Below, in pieces: positions 29,721-38,230 of a stretch of DNA of 64,000 nt. The DNA is taken from contig OZ244905.1 of the NCBI GenBank assembly GCA_965221695.1, positions 672,001 to 736,000 on the forward strand. Reading direction: 5' to 3'. This DNA is from Gammaproteobacteria bacterium. Its GTDB lineage: Bacteria > Pseudomonadota > Gammaproteobacteria > Eutrophobiales > Eutrophobiaceae. Position numbers and translations under genes: made by a program. The first letter of the stretch is position 1. Each line of letters begins with the position of its first letter. The notes below the pieces were generated by a model. The model was not told where the DNA came from, did no database searches, and saw only the letters and a list, made by a program, of their open reading frames with translations.

Positions 29721-29789
29721 TTATGTTCCGCATTTGTTCCGTGATTGAAATAGTATCGGCAATAATGATAGCATACAAAACTTACCACT

Positions 29790-29894
29790 AGTGGGACTAT
29801 AGTGGGAGACAAAAGTGGGATGAACTTTTCTCCTGACAACTCATCCGGGGGCATGTGCTTCCCTCTCGCTTGCGCAATAGCAAGCATAGTGGGA
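29790..29894 (+). promoter_or_regulatory. AGTGGGA direct repeats in the divergent promoter
   Basis: AGTGGGA at 29790, 29801, 29814 and 29888. Confidence 0.5.
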
Positions 29895-29922
29895 TATTGT
29901 TTTGAATCTGGAAGCAGCAGAT

Positions 29923-30411
29923 ATGGGTAAGGTTGAATCCAGGTTGGCAGAGCTTGGTCTTACGCTACCCACCCCGCTACAATTACCGAGCAACAACCGC
30001 ACCAGCGGCGTCAGGGTCGGAAACGTTCTCTACCTGTCCGGGCATGGAGCAGACTTGCTTGACACCGATGTGGTAAAAAAACGGGGCAAAATCGGCGCTG
30101 AACTGACGCAAGAGGAAGGTTATGCCACGGCCCGCGCGCTTGCCCTGAAGATGCTGGCCACCGTCAAACATCACGTGGGGGAACTGGACCGGGTGAAGCG
30201 CGTGGTGAAAATACTGGGCATGATCAACGCCGTCCCCGAGTTTGAACACCATAACAAGGTGCTGAACGGCGCATCAGACCTGCTGTTTGAGGTCTTCGGG
30301 CCGGAGGTGGGATGCCACGCCCGCTCTTCAGTGGGCGTCAGCGGTCTGGTTGCCAACCAATGCGTGGAAATTGAAGGAATCTTTGAAATTGATGACGCAA
30401 GGCGAAAATAA
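29923..30411 (+). CDS. RidA/YjgF-family protein
   Basis: LYLSGHG, VLNGASDLL..VFG...HARSSVGV. Confidence 0.88.
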   Translation: MGKVESRLAELGLTLPTPLQLPSNNRTSGVRVGNVLYLSGHGADLLDTDVVKKRGKIGAELTQEEGYATARALALKMLATVKHHVGELDRVKRVVKILGMINAVPEFEHHNKVLNGASDLLFEVFGPEVGCHARSSVGVSGLVANQCVEIEGIFEIDDARRK

Positions 30412-30414
30412 GCC

Positions 30415-31509
30415 ATGACAACAGAAGCAACCGCAGCAGTGCTGCATGAAGTCGGGGGGGAGTTCAGGTTACAGGACGTATCCCTCGGCGATTTGCACGC
30501 AGACGAGGCGCTGGTCCGGGTTCAGGCCAGCGGTATCTGCCACACGGATATCAGTTCGCAGGGCCTGATGCAACTCCCAGCCGTCCTCGGACATGAAGGG
30601 GCGGGCATCGTTGAGGATATCGGCAGCGGCGTGACCTCACTCAAACCCGGCGACCGGGTCGTCATTTCCTACGGTTTCTGCAACAACTGCCCAAACTGTC
30701 ACGAAGGCAGGCCGTTCATCTGCGACAACAGTGTGCAGACGAACTTCGGCGGCTCGCGCTTGGATGGCTCACATACAATGACCCTGGATGGAAAGCCGAT
30801 CACAGCCTCTTTTTTTCAGCAATCCTCATTTGCAACCCGGGTCATCACACAGGCGCGCAATACTGTGAGGATAGAAGCCGACATTCAACCACACCTGCTT
30901 GCGCCCCTGGGCTGTGGGATTATGACCGGCGCCGGCGCGGTCCTGAATACGCTGGAAGTGCCTGCCGGCAACAGTTTCGTCGTTTTTGGCGCCGGCGCGG
31001 TCGGGCTCAGCGCAGTGATGGCCGCCAGGATCAGCGGCGCATTCCCCATCATTGCCGTGGACGTGAAACCAGCCCGCCTGGAACTGGCGGAAGAACTGGG
31101 CGCGACCCACTGTATCGATGCAAGCGATGGCGATACCGTTGCCAGGATACAGGAGATAACCGGGCGCGGCGCTGCGTTCTGCCTGGAGACCTCAGGGAAC
31201 GAAGCAGCGCTCAACAACGCGATTGACTGCCTGATGATGGCCGGGCAATGCGGCATGGTCACCGTGCCTCATTACGGTGAGAAATACCCGTTCACACCGT
31301 TTGGTGTATTTGTAAAAGCCGCCAGCTTACAGGGGATTTTTTTTGGATCTACCGTGCCCAATACTTTTCTGAGACAAATCCTGGATTTCCACCAGCAAGG
31401 TCTATTTCCCTATGACAGGTTAATCAAAACCTATCCGTTTGCGGATATCAACCGTGCGATGGAGGAAACACATTCTGGCGATGTCATCAAGCCGGTGCTG
31501 TTGATGTAG
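30415..31509 (+). CDS. Zn-dependent (aryl-)alcohol dehydrogenase, paralog of 3492..4592
   Basis: CHTD, GHEG, CNNCPNC, FFQQSSFA, GAGAVG. Confidence 0.9.
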   Translation: MTTEATAAVLHEVGGEFRLQDVSLGDLHADEALVRVQASGICHTDISSQGLMQLPAVLGHEGAGIVEDIGSGVTSLKPGDRVVISYGFCNNCPNCHEGRPFICDNSVQTNFGGSRLDGSHTMTLDGKPITASFFQQSSFATRVITQARNTVRIEADIQPHLLAPLGCGIMTGAGAVLNTLEVPAGNSFVVFGAGAVGLSAVMAARISGAFPIIAVDVKPARLELAEELGATHCIDASDGDTVARIQEITGRGAAFCLETSGNEAALNNAIDCLMMAGQCGMVTVPHYGEKYPFTPFGVFVKAASLQGIFFGSTVPNTFLRQILDFHQQGLFPYDRLIKTYPFADINRAMEETHSGDVIKPVLLM

Positions 31510-31525
31510 CAGACATGCGCCCCAC

Positions 31526-31730
31526 CCTATTCCCGTGGAAACGGGAATCCAGTGAGACAAAGAGTCGCCCTTCGGGCGACACTGTATTCGACTGGACTCC
31601 CACTTCCGTGGGAGTGGTTCGGTTGCGGGGTACGCGTGAGTGGTATGGTGGCCGGGTTTGCAGGAGTGGTTCAGTGGCGATGTTCATGCAATCGCCCCAT
31701 CCCATTCCCGCGAAAGCGGGAATCCAGTAA
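31526..31730 (-). repeat. BIME-like cluster (three REP-like palindromes + GC hairpin)
   Basis: attcccgtggaaacgggaatcc; gtcgcccttcgggcgac; ggactcccacttccgtgggagtgg; attcccgcgaaagcgggaatcc. Inverted relative to the 43840 array. Confidence 0.85.
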
Positions 31731-31789
31731 AACAATGGCAAGCGCTGGCGGATATTATCAGATAGAATAGCTGCTGAGGAGGACATGAC

Positions 31790-32872
31790 ATGTTGCCTGC
31801 AATTACTCGCGTACAGGAACTGAACCCGGCCAGGCTGGGGATACTGTTCAAGAAAGAATTTGAGCTTTGCAATGTAAACCAGGGCGAGACCGTGATGCTG
31901 CTCAGTGATCTTGCGACCCGGCGTGAATATATCGAAGCGGCGTTCGCGGCGGCTGAAGACCTGGGCGCTGACGTGTACGAAATGTGCGTCAACTCCATAC
32001 CTTCCTGGACCAAGGTTGGCGTGCCTACCATTGGCCAGTGCAAGGGCACCCTGGAAGCGGCCAAGGCGGCGGACATCATCGTCGCCCTGCATGTGCCGCT
32101 GTTCACCAGTTGGTTGAAGGAAGTCCGGGATGCCGGCGCACGAGTGCTGATGATCATCGATTCACCCGACGACCTGGAACAACTGATGGCGCCGCCGGGC
32201 CTTAAGGAGGCAGTGCTTTATGCCGACCAACTGCTGGCAAATACCAGGCAGGCGCGGGTTACCAGCGCGGCGGGCACCGACCTGACTTACGACTGTGGTG
32301 AATACCCGGTAATGAGCCAGTATGGCTACGCCGACCTGCCAAGACGGTTTGATCATTGGGGTGGCGGCCATGTTCATACTTTCCCCAATGAAGGCAGCGC
32401 CAACGGCACAGTCGTATTGCAGCCGGGAGACATCGTGATCCTGCCTTATTGCCGCTATATCCAGGATGAAGTCAGGTTGAGCATCCGCGACGGCTTTATC
32501 GACAAGGTGGAAGGCGGACTCGACGCCAAGCTTATGCGGGATTGGCTCGACGACAACCGCGAAAATGCTGAAGACAAGGACCCTTACGCCGTTTCCCACC
32601 TGGGCTGGGGCCTGAACCCCCAGGCATTGTGGTACGGCATTGCGTTAAATGGCGACGAACCGGAACGCAGCCGCGCCGCGGCCCGCACCTTCCCCGGCAA
32701 CTTCCTGTTTTCAACCGGCCCCAATACCCAGGGTGGCGGCAAACGGGCCACGCGCGGGCATTACGATGTGCCCATGCGGGACTGCACACTGGCGCTCGAC
32801 GGTGACGTCATCATAGAAAACGGCAAGATTATTGATAATAATATGATCGTCGAACGCATCAAGCACATCTGA
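31790..32872 (+). CDS. 2,5-dihydroxypyridine 5,6-dioxygenase (NicX)-like, M29 aminopeptidase fold
   Basis: SHLGWGLNP and FPGNFLFSTGPNTQGGGKRATRGHYDVP carry the His/His/Asp iron ligands seen in NicX. Confidence 0.75.
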   Translation: MLPAITRVQELNPARLGILFKKEFELCNVNQGETVMLLSDLATRREYIEAAFAAAEDLGADVYEMCVNSIPSWTKVGVPTIGQCKGTLEAAKAADIIVALHVPLFTSWLKEVRDAGARVLMIIDSPDDLEQLMAPPGLKEAVLYADQLLANTRQARVTSAAGTDLTYDCGEYPVMSQYGYADLPRRFDHWGGGHVHTFPNEGSANGTVVLQPGDIVILPYCRYIQDEVRLSIRDGFIDKVEGGLDAKLMRDWLDDNRENAEDKDPYAVSHLGWGLNPQALWYGIALNGDEPERSRAAARTFPGNFLFSTGPNTQGGGKRATRGHYDVPMRDCTLALDGDVIIENGKIIDNNMIVERIKHI

Positions 32873-32883
32873 ACGCGCCAAGC

Positions 32884-33759
32884 ATGAAGAATTTTCACTA
32901 CGTAAGGCCGCACAAGCTGGACGAGGCAACTGCGTTGATGGCCGAGCACACCGGCGCCGCGCAACTCCTCGCGGGAGGCACCGACCTGCTCATATTCATG
33001 CGCAACGGTCGCAAGTCTCCCGATGTGGTTGTCGATGCAAAGAAAATCCCGGAACTCAACCGTTTGGAGCTTAATTCGGAACGGCTTGTAATAGGCGCTG
33101 CGGTCAGTTGTCGAAGAATCTGGGAGAACCCCGAAATCACCGCCAAATTCCCGGCCCTCGCGGACGCGGCAACCCTGGTCGGCGGCATACAGATTCAGGG
33201 GCGGGCGACATTCGGTGGCAACCTGTGCAATGCCGCGCCCAGCGCCGACACGGTACCGCCGGTCGTCGTCTACGGCGCCACCGCCCATATTGTCAGCGCT
33301 GGGGGCGAGCGCCATATCCCGGTGGAAGAAATCTGCACCGGGCCCGGTCAGACCTCGCTGGCTGCGGACGAAATCCTTGTATCCCTGACTGTTCCGGCGC
33401 CTGCGGCGAACTCCGGGGCTGCATTCCTGCGCTTTATCCCGCGCAATGAAATGGATATCGCCGTCGCGAATGCCGCGGCCCGGGTCGACCTGGACCAGGC
33501 CGGCGAGACCTTCAGAGCGGCCCGGATTGCCATTGGCGCAGTGGCCCCGACCCCGCTGTTCGTGGCGGCAGCCGGCGACTCCCTCAGCGGTAAACCCGTG
33601 AATGACGAATCGATCGCCGAAGCTGCCCGGATTGCCCGGGATGCGGCCACACCGATCAACGACATGCGCGGCACGATAGAACATCGAAAGCAACTGGTTG
33701 AAGTGCTGACGACAAGGGCGCTACGACGCGCCTGTGAGCGCGCCCGGAGAATAGCTTGA
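32884..33759 (+). CDS. Xanthine dehydrogenase-family FAD subunit
   Basis: LAGGTDL, ATFGGNLCNAAPSAD, INDMRG. Confidence 0.92.
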   Translation: MKNFHYVRPHKLDEATALMAEHTGAAQLLAGGTDLLIFMRNGRKSPDVVVDAKKIPELNRLELNSERLVIGAAVSCRRIWENPEITAKFPALADAATLVGGIQIQGRATFGGNLCNAAPSADTVPPVVVYGATAHIVSAGGERHIPVEEICTGPGQTSLAADEILVSLTVPAPAANSGAAFLRFIPRNEMDIAVANAAARVDLDQAGETFRAARIAIGAVAPTPLFVAAAGDSLSGKPVNDESIAEAARIARDAATPINDMRGTIEHRKQLVEVLTTRALRRACERARRIA

Positions 33760-34232
33760 TGAGTAACAAATCATTGGTAACGGCAACGATTAACGGCGAA
33801 CGCAAGCAATTCCTGTGCGAAGCGCGCCAGAGTTTGCTGGAAGTGTTGCGCGATGTGCTGTACCTGACCGGCGCCAAGGAAGGCTGTAACGACGGCAACT
33901 GCGGAGCCTGCAGTGTTATCGTCGACGGCGTGTTACTGGATGCCTGCTGCATGCTGGCGGTGGAAGCAGAGGGCAGCAGTATTGAAACCATTGAAGGACT
34001 GGCGACCGGCGCCGAACTGCACCCGCTGCAACAGGCTTTTCTCGAAGAGACCGGGCTGCAGTGCGGCATTTGCACCCCGGGCTTCCTGATGTCCGCCAAG
34101 GCTCTGCTGGATAATAACCCCAATCCGGATGAGCAACAGGTGCGCCACTGGCTGGCCGGCAACCTGTGCCGTTGTACCGGCTACGACAAGCTGGTGCGCT
34201 CGGTGCTGAAAGCTGCGGAGGTGTCACAATGA
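33759..34232 (+). CDS. Xanthine dehydrogenase-family 2Fe-2S subunit
   Basis: KEGCNDGNCGAC, QCGICTPG, GNLCRCTGY. Confidence 0.93.
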   Translation: MSNKSLVTATINGERKQFLCEARQSLLEVLRDVLYLTGAKEGCNDGNCGACSVIVDGVLLDACCMLAVEAEGSSIETIEGLATGAELHPLQQAFLEETGLQCGICTPGFLMSAKALLDNNPNPDEQQVRHWLAGNLCRCTGYDKLVRSVLKAAEVSQ

Positions 34233-36499
34233 GCAAAGCGCCAGCAAAGAACGGTTTTAATGTGGTCGGCACTTCGCCGATACGCCCGGACGGTCTGGAC
34301 AAGGTCACGGGACGGGCGCGCTTTGCCGATGATTTCCACCTGCCGAACATGCTCCATGGCAGAATACTCCGCAGCCCGCATGCCCATGCGCGTATCCTCT
34401 CGATAGACACCAGTGCGGCCGAGGCCATGCCCGGCGTGCGTGCCGTGGTCACTGGCGCGGACTTTCCGGCGGTCCGGCACGAGATGCTGAACCTGGGTAC
34501 GGCCGGTATGCTCAATATCCGTGAGATGTCCGAGAACTGCATGGCAAAAGACAAGGCCTTGTATGATGGTCATGCCGTGGCCGCGGTGGCCGCGGATAAC
34601 CCGCATGATGCGGAACTTGCGATGAACCTGATCAAGGTCGAATACGAACCCCTGCCGGCAGCGATGGACGTACGCGCGGCCATGTCTGATGATGCCCCGG
34701 TGATCCACCAGGATTTTCATCCGGGCGCGTTTATCGCACCCACGGAAAAATTTCTGCCCAATGCCAGCCGCCTGCAACTGGGCAACGGCGACCTCGAACA
34801 GGGCTTCGCCGAAGCCGACCTGATACTAGAGCGGGAATACACGGCCGAGACCATACACCAGGGCTACATCGAAAGTCATGTCACCACGGTGCACTGGGAC
34901 AGCAACGATTACGTCACCGTGTGGACCTCCACCCAAGGCCAATTCGGGTTGCGCGACCACCTGGCTGACATCATCCTGGTGCCGATGAGCAATATCAACG
35001 TGGTGCCGCTGGAGATTGGCGGCGGTTTCGGCGGGAAAGAACGCCTGTATATCGACCCGGTGGCGGCCTTTCTGTCAAAAAAATCCCAATGTCCGGTCAA
35101 GATCGCGCTGCGCCGCGACGAGGTGTTGCGCGCAACCGGACCGAGTTCCGGCACGTATATCAAGCTAAAGTTCGGCGCCAGGCAAGACGGTACCCTGACG
35201 GCGGCCCACCTGCACATGGCATACGAGGCCGGCGCCTACGCCGGCGGCCCTATCTTTCTTGCGATCATGTCCTCCACCTCGCGCTATAACATTCCCAATA
35301 TTCTTATCGATGGCTTTGATGTTATTGTCAACAAGCCCACGATGCGCCCCTATCGTGCCCCGGGCGCGCCGCAGGCCCTGTTTGCGGTGGAACAGATGAT
35401 GGATGAACTGGCCTGCGAACTCAAGATGGACCCTGTTGATTTTCGCATGAAAAACCTGATGAAGCCGGGAGACCAGTTGGTGCCGGGCTTTCCCCTGGCG
35501 CCGATAGATACTGAAAAGCTGATTGATACCGTGAAGGCGCATCCCCACTACCAGGCTCCGCTGCAAGGTGCAAACCGGGGACGGGGACTCGCGTACAGCA
35601 TGTGGTTCAATATCGGCGAGATATCCAGCGCGCGCATCCAGGTCAACCCGGACGGTTCCGTGTCCCTGGCTACGGCCAGCCCCGATTTGAGCGGCACGCG
35701 CATCTCACTTGCGATGCAGGCCGCAGAAGCGCTGGGTATAGACGTGGAACAGGTATCCCCGACGGTATCCGACACACAGTCCATCGGTTTTTCGCTACCT
35801 TCGGTGGGCAGCCGGACCACTTACAGCACCGGCGCCATCGTGTGTGAGGTCGCGCAGGAAATACTGCAACAGATGTGTGCACGCGCTGCGTTGCTGTGGG
35901 AGACCGATGCCGACCAGGTCGGGGTCGAACACGGCGTGTTCACTAATAAGGGGGAGCCCGGGCAAAGCATCACATTCAATGAGCTGGCGGCGCGGATGTT
36001 CGAGACCGGCGGTCCGATCAGCTATCACAAGACCGGCCACACCCAGAGTTTTATCCCGAATACAGCCGTCCACCTGGTCGATGTTGAGGTGGACCCGGAG
36101 ACCGGCAAGGTGGACATCCTGCGTTACACGGTCTTCCAGGACGTGGGCAAAGCCGTACACCCGGACTACGTGGAGGGCCAGATGCAAGGCGCCGCGGTAC
36201 AAGGCATAGGCATGGCCTTGAACGAAGAGTACTTCTACGATGAAGCCGGACGCCTGAAAAATGCGAGCCTGCTGGATTACCGCCTGCCTACTTCGCTGGA
36301 TGTGCCGATGATCGAAACGGTGATCCTGGAATCACCGAACCCGGCGCACCCGTTCGGAGTGCGCGGCTGCGGCGAGATTTCCATCGCCCCGCCGCCTGCG
36401 GCCATCGCCAACGCTATCCATGATGCAGTCGGAGTACGGCTGAACTCCATGCCGATGGCGCCGCACAAGGTCTGCGCGGCCATCAAGGCAAGGCATTGA
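34229..36499 (+). CDS. Xanthine dehydrogenase-family molybdopterin subunit
   Basis: KVTGRA, GGGFGGK, PYRAPGAPQ, VGSRTT, GQMQGAAVQG, RGCGE. Confidence 0.93.
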   Translation: MSKAPAKNGFNVVGTSPIRPDGLDKVTGRARFADDFHLPNMLHGRILRSPHAHARILSIDTSAAEAMPGVRAVVTGADFPAVRHEMLNLGTAGMLNIREMSENCMAKDKALYDGHAVAAVAADNPHDAELAMNLIKVEYEPLPAAMDVRAAMSDDAPVIHQDFHPGAFIAPTEKFLPNASRLQLGNGDLEQGFAEADLILEREYTAETIHQGYIESHVTTVHWDSNDYVTVWTSTQGQFGLRDHLADIILVPMSNINVVPLEIGGGFGGKERLYIDPVAAFLSKKSQCPVKIALRRDEVLRATGPSSGTYIKLKFGARQDGTLTAAHLHMAYEAGAYAGGPIFLAIMSSTSRYNIPNILIDGFDVIVNKPTMRPYRAPGAPQALFAVEQMMDELACELKMDPVDFRMKNLMKPGDQLVPGFPLAPIDTEKLIDTVKAHPHYQAPLQGANRGRGLAYSMWFNIGEISSARIQVNPDGSVSLATASPDLSGTRISLAMQAAEALGIDVEQVSPTVSDTQSIGFSLPSVGSRTTYSTGAIVCEVAQEILQQMCARAALLWETDADQVGVEHGVFTNKGEPGQSITFNELAARMFETGGPISYHKTGHTQSFIPNTAVHLVDVEVDPETGKVDILRYTVFQDVGKAVHPDYVEGQMQGAAVQGIGMALNEEYFYDEAGRLKNASLLDYRLPTSLDVPMIETVILESPNPAHPFGVRGCGEISIAPPPAAIANAIHDAVGVRLNSMPMAPHKVCAAIKARH

Positions 36500-36589
36500 T
36501 ACACATTGATGTACAGGATATGTTTGATCAACGATTTTATGTTTGCCGGATACGGTACAGCCTGTGTCTCCATGTACTTGCTTATCCAA

Positions 36590-36617
36590 GGAACCTCTGA
36601 TTAAGTCAGAGCTTGCC
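36590..36617. repeat. Minimal terminal hairpin of the MITE-like family
   Basis: GGAACCTCTGA-TTAAG-TCAGAGCTTGCC. Confidence 0.65.
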
Positions 36618-36632
36618 TAAGTTAATTTCCAC

Positions 36633-36896
36633 ATGCCTTTAGTCAGGGTACCCAATGCCATGCAGATCTATACCGGCGGTAAGGAAACCGTCCAGGCGCA
36701 GGGTCGGAACGTCAGGAGATTGATCACCACCCTGGATGAGGAATACCCCGGACTGAAGGACGCGCTGATGGACGGCGACCGTCTCAAGCCCGGAATTGCC
36801 GTAGCCGTCAATGGGCAGATCAGCCAACTGGGACCGCTTCAGCCGCTGCAGGAAGATAACGAGGTGTATTTTGTCCCCGCGATCGGCGGGGGATAG
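36633..36896 (+). CDS. MoaD/ThiS-family ubiquitin-like protein
   Basis: IAVAVNG and C-terminal VPAIGGG. Confidence 0.85.
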   Translation: MPLVRVPNAMQIYTGGKETVQAQGRNVRRLITTLDEEYPGLKDALMDGDRLKPGIAVAVNGQISQLGPLQPLQEDNEVYFVPAIGGG

Positions 36897-36903
36897 TGTC
36901 TGT

Positions 36904-37962
36904 CTACTGATAACTTACCCGGTAGATGGCGCCGACCTTGTCATCCGAGATAAGCAGGCTGCCGTCTTTGGATACCAGCACATCGTTGGGCCGGCCCGAG
37001 ACCTTTTCATCTTTCAGCCACAAGTCCAGGAACGGCTCATAAACCGGTCCGGAGTCGCCGAAGCGCACAACACTGACCCGGTAACCCACCTTGGAAGAAC
37101 GGTTCCAGGAGCCGTGCTCGGCGATGAACAGCGCGTTCCGGTAGGAGTCGGGGAACTGACTGCCGGTGTAAAATGCCAGGCCGAGCGCCGCGGAATGCGC
37201 CTGGATCTTGATCTCCGGCGGTACGTAATCCGCCGGGTCATGCCCATCTCCGAACTTCGGATCGAGGATGTCCCCGGCATGGACATAGGGATAGCCGTAG
37301 TGGGCGCCGGCGCTGGTGACGCGGTTGATCTCCTCTGCCGGTTCATCATCGCCCAACCAATCGCGGCCGTTGTCAGAGAACCAGAGTTCGCCGGTGTCCG
37401 GATGCCAGTCCATGCCGACGGAATTACGCACACCGGCTGCAAACACGGTGGTCTCACCGGTCTCCGGATCCATGCGCAGGATGCTGGCGAAGCGCGGGTC
37501 TTCGGATTCACAGATGTTGCAAGGCGCGCCCACCGGAACGTACAGGAAGCCGTCAGGACCAACCGACAGGTATTTCCAGCCATGGTGGCGCTTGTCCGGC
37601 AGCGCATCGGTCACGATTTCCGGTTGCGGATTATCCCTGAAGGTCTGTTCGATGGAACGGTAGCGCAGTACCCGGTCCAGCGCGGCCACGTACAAGTCTG
37701 TGCCGATCAGCGCCAGGCCGCTGGGCAAAGTCAGCCCCTGCGCAAATGTAACAACTTCCGCCTTGCCTTCGGCGTTGGGTGTCACCGCATACAGATTGCC
37801 CTCACGCAGCGACCCCACCAGCAACAGACCAGATGCTGTTTCCGCCATCTGTCTCGCCCCCGGCGTTTCGTCGGTTACAACAGACAATCGGAAATCGCCG
37901 ACGATCGTGTCGGCAAATCCCGCGCGGGTTAAAATAATCAGTAGTAAGATACGTTTAATCAT
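36904..37962 (-). CDS. PQQ-dependent sugar/sorbosone dehydrogenase family (exported)
   Basis: Signal peptide; HHGWK, GAPCN, GVRNSVG, DNGRD, HGSWNRS, GRPND. Confidence 0.88.
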   Translation of the reverse strand: MIKRILLLIILTRAGFADTIVGDFRLSVVTDETPGARQMAETASGLLLVGSLREGNLYAVTPNAEGKAEVVTFAQGLTLPSGLALIGTDLYVAALDRVLRYRSIEQTFRDNPQPEIVTDALPDKRHHGWKYLSVGPDGFLYVPVGAPCNICESEDPRFASILRMDPETGETTVFAAGVRNSVGMDWHPDTGELWFSDNGRDWLGDDEPAEEINRVTSAGAHYGYPYVHAGDILDPKFGDGHDPADYVPPEIKIQAHSAALGLAFYTGSQFPDSYRNALFIAEHGSWNRSSKVGYRVSVVRFGDSGPVYEPFLDLWLKDEKVSGRPNDVLVSKDGSLLISDDKVGAIYRVSYQ

Positions 37963-38230
37963 GCGACAGCATTATACTACGTATTTTCCTGAGATCTTTT
38001 GTTTCCGTTATGCGGTTTAAATGCCAGATAATTTCCCTGGTAGCGCAACGGGTCACGCTCGCACCCGGACACAAGCCCGCCATTCTGATGCGAACGAGGC
38101 GCCCGAACTTCCTGGAGATGAGATAAAGCAAAAGCATGTGTCCTGGTATTTGAATTTGACTTTAATCATTGAAATAGCAGGCAGATGCCTGTAGCTTAGA
38201 AAATCCCTAACTGAATCAGATATTTCTGGA

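Noticed and set aside
29790-29820. MraZ boxes
   Set aside because: The GTGGG repeats are spaced 11 and 13 bp rather than 10 bp, and no dcw cluster follows.
31790-32872. Leucyl aminopeptidase
   Set aside because: The fold is shared, but the His/His/Asp motif pattern and the operon with a Mo-hydroxylase favour a NicX-like dioxygenase.
32884-36499. Aerobic CO dehydrogenase (coxMSL)
   Set aside because: The active-site loop is PYRAPG, not AYxCSFR (form I) or AYRGAGR (form II), and no cox accessory genes are present.
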